Source: Clostridiales bacterium
GTDB lineage: Bacteria > Bacillota > Clostridia > Christensenellales > UBA1242
Direction of reading: 5' to 3'
Length of the DNA stretch: 64,000 nt
Assembly: GCA_918292005.1 (NCBI GenBank)
Contig: CAKJZJ010000007.1
Coordinates: 85,411 to 149,410, forward strand
Shown here one piece after another: positions 7,939-16,498 of this stretch; within the stretch, counting starts at the first letter, position 1, and every line of letters starts with the position of its first letter. The translations under genes were made by a program, and so were the position numbers. The notes beneath the pieces were generated by a model. That model saw nothing but the letters and a program-made list of their open reading frames with translations. It did not search any database and was not told the origin of the DNA.

Positions 7939-9307
7939 GTATATAATTAAAGTGTCATATAACACTTTTGAAAAAGCGACATATGATCAATATTTAATGG
8001 CTAGCCTTGCATTAAGAAGCAAGGATGAACAAAGTGCTTACAAATATATTGATGACATAACGGGTTCGGGCAGTTTAAATGCACATTTTAAACAATTATA
8101 CGATAAAGCTCATAAACTTGATGAAAATCAGTTAAAAAATATCATGGGAAACTCAATGTATCCCATGCTTAAAATCGACAAAAGTAATTCTTATGATTAC
8201 TATCCAGAATTAAATGTTTCTGTATTTAACAATAAATTATATGAAGGAGATTTTGGCAAATATGAAGATTTGATACAAAGACTCTATATCCAAGAAGAAG
8301 TAATCGAATCAGAACTAATTGAGAAAAAGAATACTTCTCTTCCAGAACCATATTCAATTAGATTTGATGAAAGCAAGATTCTAGTAAAGATTGCAGAAGA
8401 ATGGGTAGATTTACCAGAAGAAATATTCCAAGAAGTATTTGAGAATAATTTAACTAGCATTGATAAGATTAAAAGTGAGATACATAATGTGGCAGATGGC
8501 AGTGGCTGGTTTGCACTCACAAATGCAGTAATTAACAATATGTATGCAAACAATAATTATTTCTACGATAATGGAGATCATTGTTTAATTAGAAACGATG
8601 ATGTAAGAAAAACAATTATTTCACAATTGGCAGGTTTCTATATTTACAAAGAAGAAATTATTCCATATGCAGGTAATAAAGATCTATGCGAAAAGGTATT
8701 GAATCTTCTATTAGAGAACAAATCAATCAATGAATTTAAAACAAGGTCAGTAATCACTTTATTAACTTATTCTGATGACTTACTTGCACAAAGTGTAATT
8801 AACTACATCTTGGCAAGAAAAGACTCAAAAGAATTGGCTTTAATGGGTATTGAATTACTTGTTAGGGGAATTGAAAAGAACTGGGAAAACGAAGCTTTGA
8901 AGAGTTTCATGATACATGCTGACAGTTCAAAATATAGTTATATCTATAAGGCAAATCCAAGACTTGTAACTGATATTCAAATGTTGTCAATGATAAATCC
9001 TGATTTCTTAACACCTACACACAGGAAAAAAGTGGAAGAGTATAAGAATAATAGACAGGCTATACGTGACAGCATTGACAAAATGGTTGGAGAAATCGCA
9101 ACAAGTGGAATGAGAGAAAGGGCAAAACAATTAAAGTCAACTGATAAAACTAAGAGATTCCATACATTGGTTAAAAGATATGATGCACATAGTAAAGTTG
9201 ACTATGAGCAAGCAACACTAAAAGAACTTGAAAAATATTTGAAAGAAGTTACCGAAATGTATGACCTTATGAAAGAGCTTCAAAAAGAAGTTAATAAAGA
9301 GAAATAA
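7898..9307 (+). CDS. Hypothetical 469-aa, mostly helical protein, no recognisable motif
   Basis: ORF with SD GGAGGG 7 nt upstream of ATG 7898. Overlaps the helicase gene by 41 nt. The C-terminal part is charged and coiled-coil-like. Confidence 0.7.
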   Translation: MVQINLKLSLRKIKYIIKVSYNTFEKATYDQYLMASLALRSKDEQSAYKYIDDITGSGSLNAHFKQLYDKAHKLDENQLKNIMGNSMYPMLKIDKSNSYDYYPELNVSVFNNKLYEGDFGKYEDLIQRLYIQEEVIESELIEKKNTSLPEPYSIRFDESKILVKIAEEWVDLPEEIFQEVFENNLTSIDKIKSEIHNVADGSGWFALTNAVINNMYANNNYFYDNGDHCLIRNDDVRKTIISQLAGFYIYKEEIIPYAGNKDLCEKVLNLLLENKSINEFKTRSVITLLTYSDDLLAQSVINYILARKDSKELALMGIELLVRGIEKNWENEALKSFMIHADSSKYSYIYKANPRLVTDIQMLSMINPDFLTPTHRKKVEEYKNNRQAIRDSIDKMVGEIATSGMRERAKQLKSTDKTKRFHTLVKRYDAHSKVDYEQATLKELEKYLKEVTEMYDLMKELQKEVNKEK

Positions 9308-9321
9308 GGGGGTTGGTGCTA

Positions 9322-10455
9322 ATGAAAAAGTATGTATTTTATGATTCTGAATCTATAGACATAAAACATAAATATTCTTTTACTTTTGGATATGTGGTTA
9401 CAGATGAAAAATTCAATGTAATAATGCCAAGAGAAGATATCGTGTTTAATCCTGATATACCAAAACAAGATTGGGATTGGTGGGCATATAGAAATATGTT
9501 AATAGAATCATATCCACAAAAACAAATATTGTCAGCAAAGACATTCCCACATTTTTACAAGAAAATAAGTAAATTATTTCAAGGGGATGATGTAATTTGT
9601 ATAGGCTTTGAAATTAATGAAGATGTAAAGTACCTTTTATCAAATTGCGAAAGGTACAACTTAGAGCCTATTAATTTCAAGTATGTTGATCTTAGAGAAA
9701 TACTGAGATACTTGACAGGAAAAAAACCTAATTCTTTGTCTTATGAATATATAAGATACTTGCATGTTCCAGATTATCGTGCTCACAGAAGTGATGTTGA
9801 TGCTGGAATGACGATGCTGGTATTGAAAGAAGCTTTGAGAAAAAGTAAAAAGACATTAGATGATATTCTTAAAGATAAAGAAGATTTGCTTGGCGAATGT
9901 AATGGTTTCTGTTATGGGTTCAAAAATAATATCTTTGACATAAAGAATCCAAGGGAATCAAGTCACGAGAATGTTGGAGGAATCAGAGCAAGAAAACTCA
10001 AGGAAGGCAAAGAAGATTGGATACTAAGAGGCTCAGTAAATAATATAATGTTTACTAGATTCCTTGACTATGTGCAACCAGTGAACGAAATAGAGCAATT
10101 TCTCAAAGGAAAGAAAGTGAACTTTAGTTTAAATTATGAAATGTATCATTATCAAAATATGTTGAAACTTATTCAGATTATAACCGATGCAGGTGGTACA
10201 TATGTGAAAAAAGGTAGTCTTGCAGACATCTTCGTAAAGAACTATGAAGAAAGTTTTGATGAAGAAGGAAACCCAAAACCATGCACTAGATACAATAATG
10301 TAATGAGAGCAATAGAACAAGATGGCAAGGGAATAGAGATACTTGAGTTCGATGAATTCTTGGCTATGTTTAATTTAGATAGAGAAAAGCTAGATGCAAT
10401 GCCACAACTTGATATTGAATACTTAAAAGAAAAAAAATACTTTAGGGCAGGTTAA
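9322..10455 (+). CDS. DEDDh (DnaQ-like) 3'-5' exonuclease with a C-terminal BRCT-like domain
   Basis: Exo I FYDSES, Exo II GFEINEDVKYL, Exo III AHRSDVDAG (H-x4-D). C-terminus GKKVNFS...IITDAGGTYVKKGSLADIFV...GIEILEFDEFL is BRCT-like. ATG 9322 is preferred over the track's TTG 9313 because of spacing from AAGGGGG. Confidence 0.75.
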   Translation: MKKYVFYDSESIDIKHKYSFTFGYVVTDEKFNVIMPREDIVFNPDIPKQDWDWWAYRNMLIESYPQKQILSAKTFPHFYKKISKLFQGDDVICIGFEINEDVKYLLSNCERYNLEPINFKYVDLREILRYLTGKKPNSLSYEYIRYLHVPDYRAHRSDVDAGMTMLVLKEALRKSKKTLDDILKDKEDLLGECNGFCYGFKNNIFDIKNPRESSHENVGGIRARKLKEGKEDWILRGSVNNIMFTRFLDYVQPVNEIEQFLKGKKVNFSLNYEMYHYQNMLKLIQIITDAGGTYVKKGSLADIFVKNYEESFDEEGNPKPCTRYNNVMRAIEQDGKGIEILEFDEFLAMFNLDREKLDAMPQLDIEYLKEKKYFRAG

Positions 10456-10470
10456 AATAATAGGTTATAT

Positions 10471-10509
10471 AAGGGGCCGTTGTGGGTTCGATTCCCGCCG
10501 GGAGTACCA
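10471..10509 (+). other. tRNA 3'-end relic (T-arm, acceptor strand, ACCA)
   Basis: GTGGG-TTCGATT-CCCGC, then CGGGAGT-A-CCA. No matching 5' acceptor strand (ACTCCCG) within 100 nt upstream. Followed by a terminator. Confidence 0.55.
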
Positions 10510-10515
10510 TAAAAA

Positions 10516-10539
10516 GCACCCATGCTTGGGTGCCTTTTT
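10516..10539 (+). terminator. Intrinsic terminator
   Basis: GCACCCA-TGCT-TGGGTGC followed by a T-run. Confidence 0.7.
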
Positions 10540-10613
10540 GTTTTCTATAAAGGTGAATATATTTTTCTAAAATTTGCTCCAAAACCCCAGAATAACCATA
10601 AAAAAGAACGGAT

Positions 10614-13496
10614 TTAATTATCCGTTCCCTTTAGCCAACCAAAGTCTTTTTGCGTTATACAATATTTTTTAAACACATTTGGAACTTTAAAAACATCTCC
10701 GACCATATATAATTCAAACTCAGCTGTAAAATGTTTATCGCCGATATCAAAAGTAAATGATTTTGGTTTATCGTTTTCTTCAAATAAAGATTGATATCCC
10801 TGAATTTTAAATTGGTAATCAGTATTTTGGAATCCTTTAGGATCAATAAAAATAATTTTGTATTTGTTATCAGTCTTTATCCAAAAAATGAAATCAGGAT
10901 AAAATTTATCATATTTGTTATTGCTTTCGTTAAAGTACCAAATAAAAATATTGTCCAGCGTTTGGTCTATTTTAGAAAACATCCATTCCTTTGATGTGTT
11001 TTTGGTTTTAATAAAATCATTTAGATTGTTTACAAAAATAATTTCGGATTCTACGTTTATTATATGTTTTAAATAATTTATTTTATCATTAACTGAAACG
11101 ATAATAGGCGAGTAGTAATGTTCTGCAATATTCAAAAATTCCACTTCATTTTTATAATGTATTTTTTCTTGTGTTTGAATTGAAGAAGAAATCTTTAAAA
11201 GTTCATCTAAATCAATTTTACCAGACTCATAGTCTTTTTTTGCTTGTTTTATAGGATCTGTTTTATTTTGCTGAGCTAAACTTATTAATTGTTGAATTTT
11301 TTTACACTCTTCTTCATTTAGCATTGCTTTTATATGTTTAAAATGAATTATATCGTCTTCGTTAATTAACCTAATTTTATCAACGACTCTTTCTTTTTTA
11401 TTTACATGTTCTACAAGCCTACACAGTGTGTTTTTTATATCTTTATAATTATGCTTATCAGTAATGTGGAATATAGACTTATCGATTAGAGCCTGTTTTA
11501 AGAATTCATAATCATCATTTGTTATCCTAAATAAAAGCATAAACAAAGTTTTATCATAAGCATTAAAATACTTTTTAATTTCTTCCAAACAATCTTCAGA
11601 TATAAAGAACTTAGCTTTTGTCCTTTGCTTTTCGTTTATTTTATAATCAGGTATAACCAAATCGAAAACTGTTTGATTTTTCTTTAATGGTTCTATAAAC
11701 AGTTCCTCATCATTTTTTTGTTCTGCCAGTGTGTCAAGAATTGATTTTACAGCCAACTTGTTTGTGGCGTAAATAAACAATGTTTCAAATAACTCATTTT
11801 TAAATGATTCATTATTTGCGGCTCTTTTTCTTTTGTTAATATTATCTGCTTCAGGTTGAATTCTTACACCTCTACCAATACTCTGCAAAACAAATTTTTT
11901 AGCATCACCAGAGCCAATATTGATAAAATTCATCACATTAGGTCGATTACTATCCCAACCTTCATAGAAAGCTCTACTTCCAAGTAATATATTAATTTTG
12001 CTATCTGGATTGTTAAGAGAATTAAAATAGTTAATTTTAGAATAATTTTTGCCTATAACATAACCATCGCTTAATTTATCTCTTCTAAATTTGTTTGCAT
12101 CACCAATTTTGATTAATAAAAATGGGGACTCTGATGTTTGTAATTGTAAGGCAATTTCTTTTGATGATTCACCCATTTTTATGTCTATTTTTCCATGAGT
12201 ATTTGAATTGAACACATAAAATAGAACATCTTTAATTGTGATTGAATCAATATAACTTTTATAATTTTTTTGTAACTTTTCTTTACCAATTGCAAATGGG
12301 GAACCAGCATACATTTCATTGCTTAATTCTTCCTTGGCACTTTCAAAAGATAAATTATCAACATCTCCAGTAGCAATTTTTTCTATTTCTTTAAAAAACA
12401 TGTAAAGATCAGAATCTTCTTCGTTAACTGTATCTACTAGAGTTACTATTAAAGGATTGTGATAGTATCCTTCCCTTTTAAACTTTTTAATTAATGTGCT
12501 TGTAATCAATGACTTTAGAACTTGCTTTTGTTTCGCAAGATCATTTAACTCATCTTTTTTATGGCTGAAAGTGAAATATGAATTGCTTACAAAAATATTC
12601 TTTCCATAACCATCCTCTATAAACTTTTCTAAATTGTAATTATAAACCGTTGTAACATAGTCAATTGAATCAGTAAAAGTTGCTGAAAAATTAAATAAAA
12701 ATCCATTTCTTGTCCATTGCGTTATATAGTTTTGACGCTTAGAATCACCACTTTTATCACCTTTATGTGCTTCATCTAAGAATACAAACCATTTACCATA
12801 GTTATCATAGGCATTTATGTTAATTTTTTTAGCTTTTTCTTCATCAGAAAGAAGATCGCTTCTATACGAAAATACATTAATTTCATCTAACAGAGTAAAA
12901 GCATTTTTTACTTCATCGAAATCTTTTAAACTGTGAATTCTTATTTGTCTATTTTTACCGTTGTTATATTTCCTAACAGCATTTTTAAATTGTGATTCTA
13001 TGCTTGCATCAGGGAATAATACCATAAATTCATTGTTTGGTATTAGCTTTGCTCTTTTTAAAGTATCTAATATTTCAATAAGTTTTATTAAAACAATAGT
13101 TTTTCCACTTGCAGTTGCCATCCAAAAGCAAGCTCTATTAAAAAGATTATAAGCATCAATAAATTTTTCATTTTCTTTTGTTTTAACATCATAGTACTGA
13201 CTTAAAATTTCAAATAGCTCATTTTTCTTTTTTCTTTCAAATTCATTAATATTATAATTGTTTTTATCCAACCCTAAAGCTACACATTTATCCATTAGTA
13301 ATTCTTTTGATTCTTTATTAGAGTAATACAAGTTTAACAGTTTTAGCACATTTTTTAATGCGTTAACTTGATAGGGGAATAACTCTTTGATTTCATTAGA
13401 AAAATCTACAATATTATCAATTCGCCACGATTGATCCATCGATTCATAATTTATATCATCAAGGAATGATTCATAATATATCTTCATACTATTCAC
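10614..13496 (-). CDS. res: Type III restriction enzyme Res subunit (SF2 helicase plus C-terminal PD-(D/E)xK nuclease)
   Basis: ATASGKT, FLDEAHKGD, SATF, QSIGRGVR. C-terminal YPDFIFW...IIFIDPKG. Start is GTG 13496 (overlapping the mod stop) or ATG 13487. Confidence 0.8.
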   Translation of the reverse strand: MNSMKIYYESFLDDINYESMDQSWRIDNIVDFSNEIKELFPYQVNALKNVLKLLNLYYSNKESKELLMDKCVALGLDKNNYNINEFERKKKNELFEILSQYYDVKTKENEKFIDAYNLFNRACFWMATASGKTIVLIKLIEILDTLKRAKLIPNNEFMVLFPDASIESQFKNAVRKYNNGKNRQIRIHSLKDFDEVKNAFTLLDEINVFSYRSDLLSDEEKAKKININAYDNYGKWFVFLDEAHKGDKSGDSKRQNYITQWTRNGFLFNFSATFTDSIDYVTTVYNYNLEKFIEDGYGKNIFVSNSYFTFSHKKDELNDLAKQKQVLKSLITSTLIKKFKREGYYHNPLIVTLVDTVNEEDSDLYMFFKEIEKIATGDVDNLSFESAKEELSNEMYAGSPFAIGKEKLQKNYKSYIDSITIKDVLFYVFNSNTHGKIDIKMGESSKEIALQLQTSESPFLLIKIGDANKFRRDKLSDGYVIGKNYSKINYFNSLNNPDSKINILLGSRAFYEGWDSNRPNVMNFINIGSGDAKKFVLQSIGRGVRIQPEADNINKRKRAANNESFKNELFETLFIYATNKLAVKSILDTLAEQKNDEELFIEPLKKNQTVFDLVIPDYKINEKQRTKAKFFISEDCLEEIKKYFNAYDKTLFMLLFRITNDDYEFLKQALIDKSIFHITDKHNYKDIKNTLCRLVEHVNKKERVVDKIRLINEDDIIHFKHIKAMLNEEECKKIQQLISLAQQNKTDPIKQAKKDYESGKIDLDELLKISSSIQTQEKIHYKNEVEFLNIAEHYYSPIIVSVNDKINYLKHIINVESEIIFVNNLNDFIKTKNTSKEWMFSKIDQTLDNIFIWYFNESNNKYDKFYPDFIFWIKTDNKYKIIFIDPKGFQNTDYQFKIQGYQSLFEENDKPKSFTFDIGDKHFTAEFELYMVGDVFKVPNVFKKYCITQKDFGWLKGTDN

Positions 13497-15960
13497 CCCA
13501 CCATAGTAGAGGTTTTAATATGTCAAAGAAATGTTGTTTTTCTTTGTCTGTCATATTTTGATAGTCATATTTTTCAATTATTTCTTTGTCTCCATCTCCT
13601 AAAACGACACTATCAGCCGTGATTTTTTTGATAGGTAATCCTAAGACATTTGAAATTGTTTCAGGCAAATCTATGTTTTTATATAGTTTATCTAATTCTA
13701 TTTTTATATCTCCGTTGTTTTCAACACTAAAATTGGAAGTTAGTTTTTTATCAGCAAAGAACGTGTACTGATCATAAATATTATCATTAAATAATGATGG
13801 TGAATTTGGTGAATAATTGGCATTTCTTAACGTATCTTCGTATTGTTCTAGTTCAAAATATTTAAAAAATCCACCCCCAGAAAATTTTGTAGGTACTGTT
13901 ATTCCACAAGGCTCATGTCTTCCAGTTTGAGAAATAACTTCTTTCATTCTTCCCAACAAACCAACTTTATTCACTTTGGCGATAATATATTTATCATTTT
14001 CTTCTTTTTCTATTACATCAAAATCTTTATATAAGTTAATTTGATTTGCAGGTGATTGTTTTAATTTAACTTCAGATATGTATGTATCATTAAAATGGTC
14101 ACCAAGTTCGACACCAATAAATTTTCTTCCCATTTTCTTTGCCACACAAATAGAAGTTCCACTTCCTGCGAAATAGTCTATAAAATATTTGTTTTCAGGA
14201 ATATTAACTAATGATTCTAATAAATGAATTAATCCTTCGGGCTTTTGAGAGTTGCTGAAAGAGAAAAATTCATCAGAAAGATTTAGTACCTTTCGGACAT
14301 TGTATTCGATGTTTGTGTTGGGATCTTTTATGACACCTTCAAAAACATCTCTAAGAAGAGTATCTGTATAATATCTACCTTCTGCATCTTTTTGCGCACC
14401 CATGAAAGATTTTTCCATATATTGTCTTTCTGTTATTGGATTTAATATGAATTTATCTTTGTTTTTTGAGTAAAACAAAATACTGTCATGTTTATAAGGC
14501 ATTGTTTTTGAGTCGGATGCACCACCAGATCTATAAGCCCAAGCAATATTGTTAATAAAGTTTTCTTTCCCAAAAATAGAATCTAATAATTCTCTACCTT
14601 TATGTTCTGCAAAATGATCCAAATGCATAAATATTGATCCCTCTGGATTTAATAAATTATAGGATAGATCCAATCTATCATACATTAGAGAAAGCCATGA
14701 GGAATCTTGATACGCATCAACATATTCGAAATCACTACCCGTATTAAAAGGTGGATCTATATATACTGAATAAATATTATTCTTAAACTTATTTGTTAAA
14801 CTATTTAAAGCTTGATAGTTTTCACTGTGTATTAATCTGCCATCTAAAGCATTATCTAAATTGTCAAAAATACTTAAAATTTCAATTTCTAAATCTTTAA
14901 AATATTTAGTATCAAAAGGTAAGTGCTTATATTTGTCATCATTTAAACTTTCAACAGAGAAATTATCTTCAACTAATTTTAATTTTTTCCATTCTTTTAT
15001 TTGATCTTCAAATCCAGTGTTTGCTTTTAGTTTTGAAATCAAGTCGGTTGTCAATTTATCTTTACTTATAACATAATTTGAATTTTTAACAAATTTTGGT
15101 TTATTCCAAATCCTAACCAATTCATCTTCAAACCCAGAAATGAACTGAATCAGTTTCTGTGCATATTTTTTTATTACTTTAATCTGGTCTAATCTTTTTT
15201 GGTCAAAAACATTTTCGTCTGCAAGAAGTATTTGATTCAAATATAGATCAAGCTGTTCGTTTAAAAATTGTTTTGCATTTTTATTAATAAAAAAGTCAAC
15301 ACTTGTTTGTTTTTCAAATTGACGAATTGCCTTACTAATAATATCTTCATTTACATTTAATTCTTTAGACAATTCTTCAACTTTTGTTTTTGATCTTGAT
15401 TCATAGTCAACAGATAGCACAAAAGTAACATCTCCACTTGTAGCATCATGTAAAGATGTTTTTGTTTTTAGTATTTCTTTTACAGTATATAAAAATCCTT
15501 TCTTTTCATTGTTTTGTTTTTGAGTTGCTTGAGTGGTATCAAACCTAAAAACATATGAAAGACCAGCATCTTTATCTTCAACTTTTATATCTGTAGTATT
15601 TAAAAGCTTGTCAGATTTTACATAATAAAGCATATTTGTCTTCCAAAATAGAACGACATCTTTATTATCCGTATATATTTTTTCATAAACTTTTTGCCAA
15701 TTTGCAGATTGGACAAAATAAATACTTCCTGACTCGCTAAAATATTTGTCAAAAAAGTTACAAAGTTTATCAAAAAACTCCTCTTTAAAGTTGGCATCAA
15801 TAATGCTATCGTGATCCACTTCATTTTTAAACTCGTCAATAACTGATTTGTAATATTTTTCTTTAATTCTTAACAGGTTAACAAATCCACCTTGTCCATC
15901 CATTTTTGCACCTTCAAAAATCCCCTTAAGTGCATTGTAAAAACGTTTTTCTTTTACCAT
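13489..15960 (-). CDS. mod: Type III-like N6-adenine/N4-cytosine DNA methyltransferase (beta class) with a long N-terminal extension
   Basis: Motif IV VYIDPPFNTGSDF precedes motif I DYFAGSGTS (beta-class order). SD AGGAGTG. Coupled to res. Confidence 0.8.
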   Translation of the reverse strand: MVKEKRFYNALKGIFEGAKMDGQGGFVNLLRIKEKYYKSVIDEFKNEVDHDSIIDANFKEEFFDKLCNFFDKYFSESGSIYFVQSANWQKVYEKIYTDNKDVVLFWKTNMLYYVKSDKLLNTTDIKVEDKDAGLSYVFRFDTTQATQKQNNEKKGFLYTVKEILKTKTSLHDATSGDVTFVLSVDYESRSKTKVEELSKELNVNEDIISKAIRQFEKQTSVDFFINKNAKQFLNEQLDLYLNQILLADENVFDQKRLDQIKVIKKYAQKLIQFISGFEDELVRIWNKPKFVKNSNYVISKDKLTTDLISKLKANTGFEDQIKEWKKLKLVEDNFSVESLNDDKYKHLPFDTKYFKDLEIEILSIFDNLDNALDGRLIHSENYQALNSLTNKFKNNIYSVYIDPPFNTGSDFEYVDAYQDSSWLSLMYDRLDLSYNLLNPEGSIFMHLDHFAEHKGRELLDSIFGKENFINNIAWAYRSGGASDSKTMPYKHDSILFYSKNKDKFILNPITERQYMEKSFMGAQKDAEGRYYTDTLLRDVFEGVIKDPNTNIEYNVRKVLNLSDEFFSFSNSQKPEGLIHLLESLVNIPENKYFIDYFAGSGTSICVAKKMGRKFIGVELGDHFNDTYISEVKLKQSPANQINLYKDFDVIEKEENDKYIIAKVNKVGLLGRMKEVISQTGRHEPCGITVPTKFSGGGFFKYFELEQYEDTLRNANYSPNSPSLFNDNIYDQYTFFADKKLTSNFSVENNGDIKIELDKLYKNIDLPETISNVLGLPIKKITADSVVLGDGDKEIIEKYDYQNMTDKEKQHFFDILKPLLWWGE

Positions 15961-16141
15961 AAAATCACTCCTAGTTTACTGATAATTTCATTATATCATA
16001 CTTTTTGTCATTTTGTATGGATTTTATCAGAAAAATAATATTTACTATAAATATAAACTTAAATTACTAGAAAGATCGAATAATAACTTGGCTTTTTGAT
16101 AAAAACGATTTATAGTGTCACACAACGCAAGGAGGTGTAGT

Positions 16142-16498
16142 GTGAAAGCAAGGTTTGTTTATAAAAAGACAGATGCACGACTTGTGCGCAATGCTATTGA
16201 TCGCAAAGAAGGACAAATTCACGAGTATGTTGTTGAAAGAACGATATTTCTTCCAAAAGAAAAGTTTATTCATTTTAGAAGACACTTGCTGGAAGATAAT
16301 GATGCGATAGTGGCCTACAAAAATGAAAAGTACGTTGACGATAATAAAGTATGGCACGTGTGGATGTTCTGTTCAATGATCGCCGATATTATGATCCTTG
16401 TTGACAGCGAAGGATTTAATTATGCGCGCTACTGCTCAATAGTTTGCAATGGAGGTGAACAAGTTGAAAAAAGATTTACAATTAAAGAAAGATATTAA
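16142..16498 (+). CDS. Hypothetical small protein (~118 aa)
   Basis: GTG 16142 lies 6 nt after GGAGG and is in frame with track ORF 16115. Visibly more G+C than its neighbours. No motif recognised. Confidence 0.55.
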   Translation: MKARFVYKKTDARLVRNAIDRKEGQIHEYVVERTIFLPKEKFIHFRRHLLEDNDAIVAYKNEKYVDDNKVWHVWMFCSMIADIMILVDSEGFNYARYCSIVCNGGEQVEKRFTIKERY

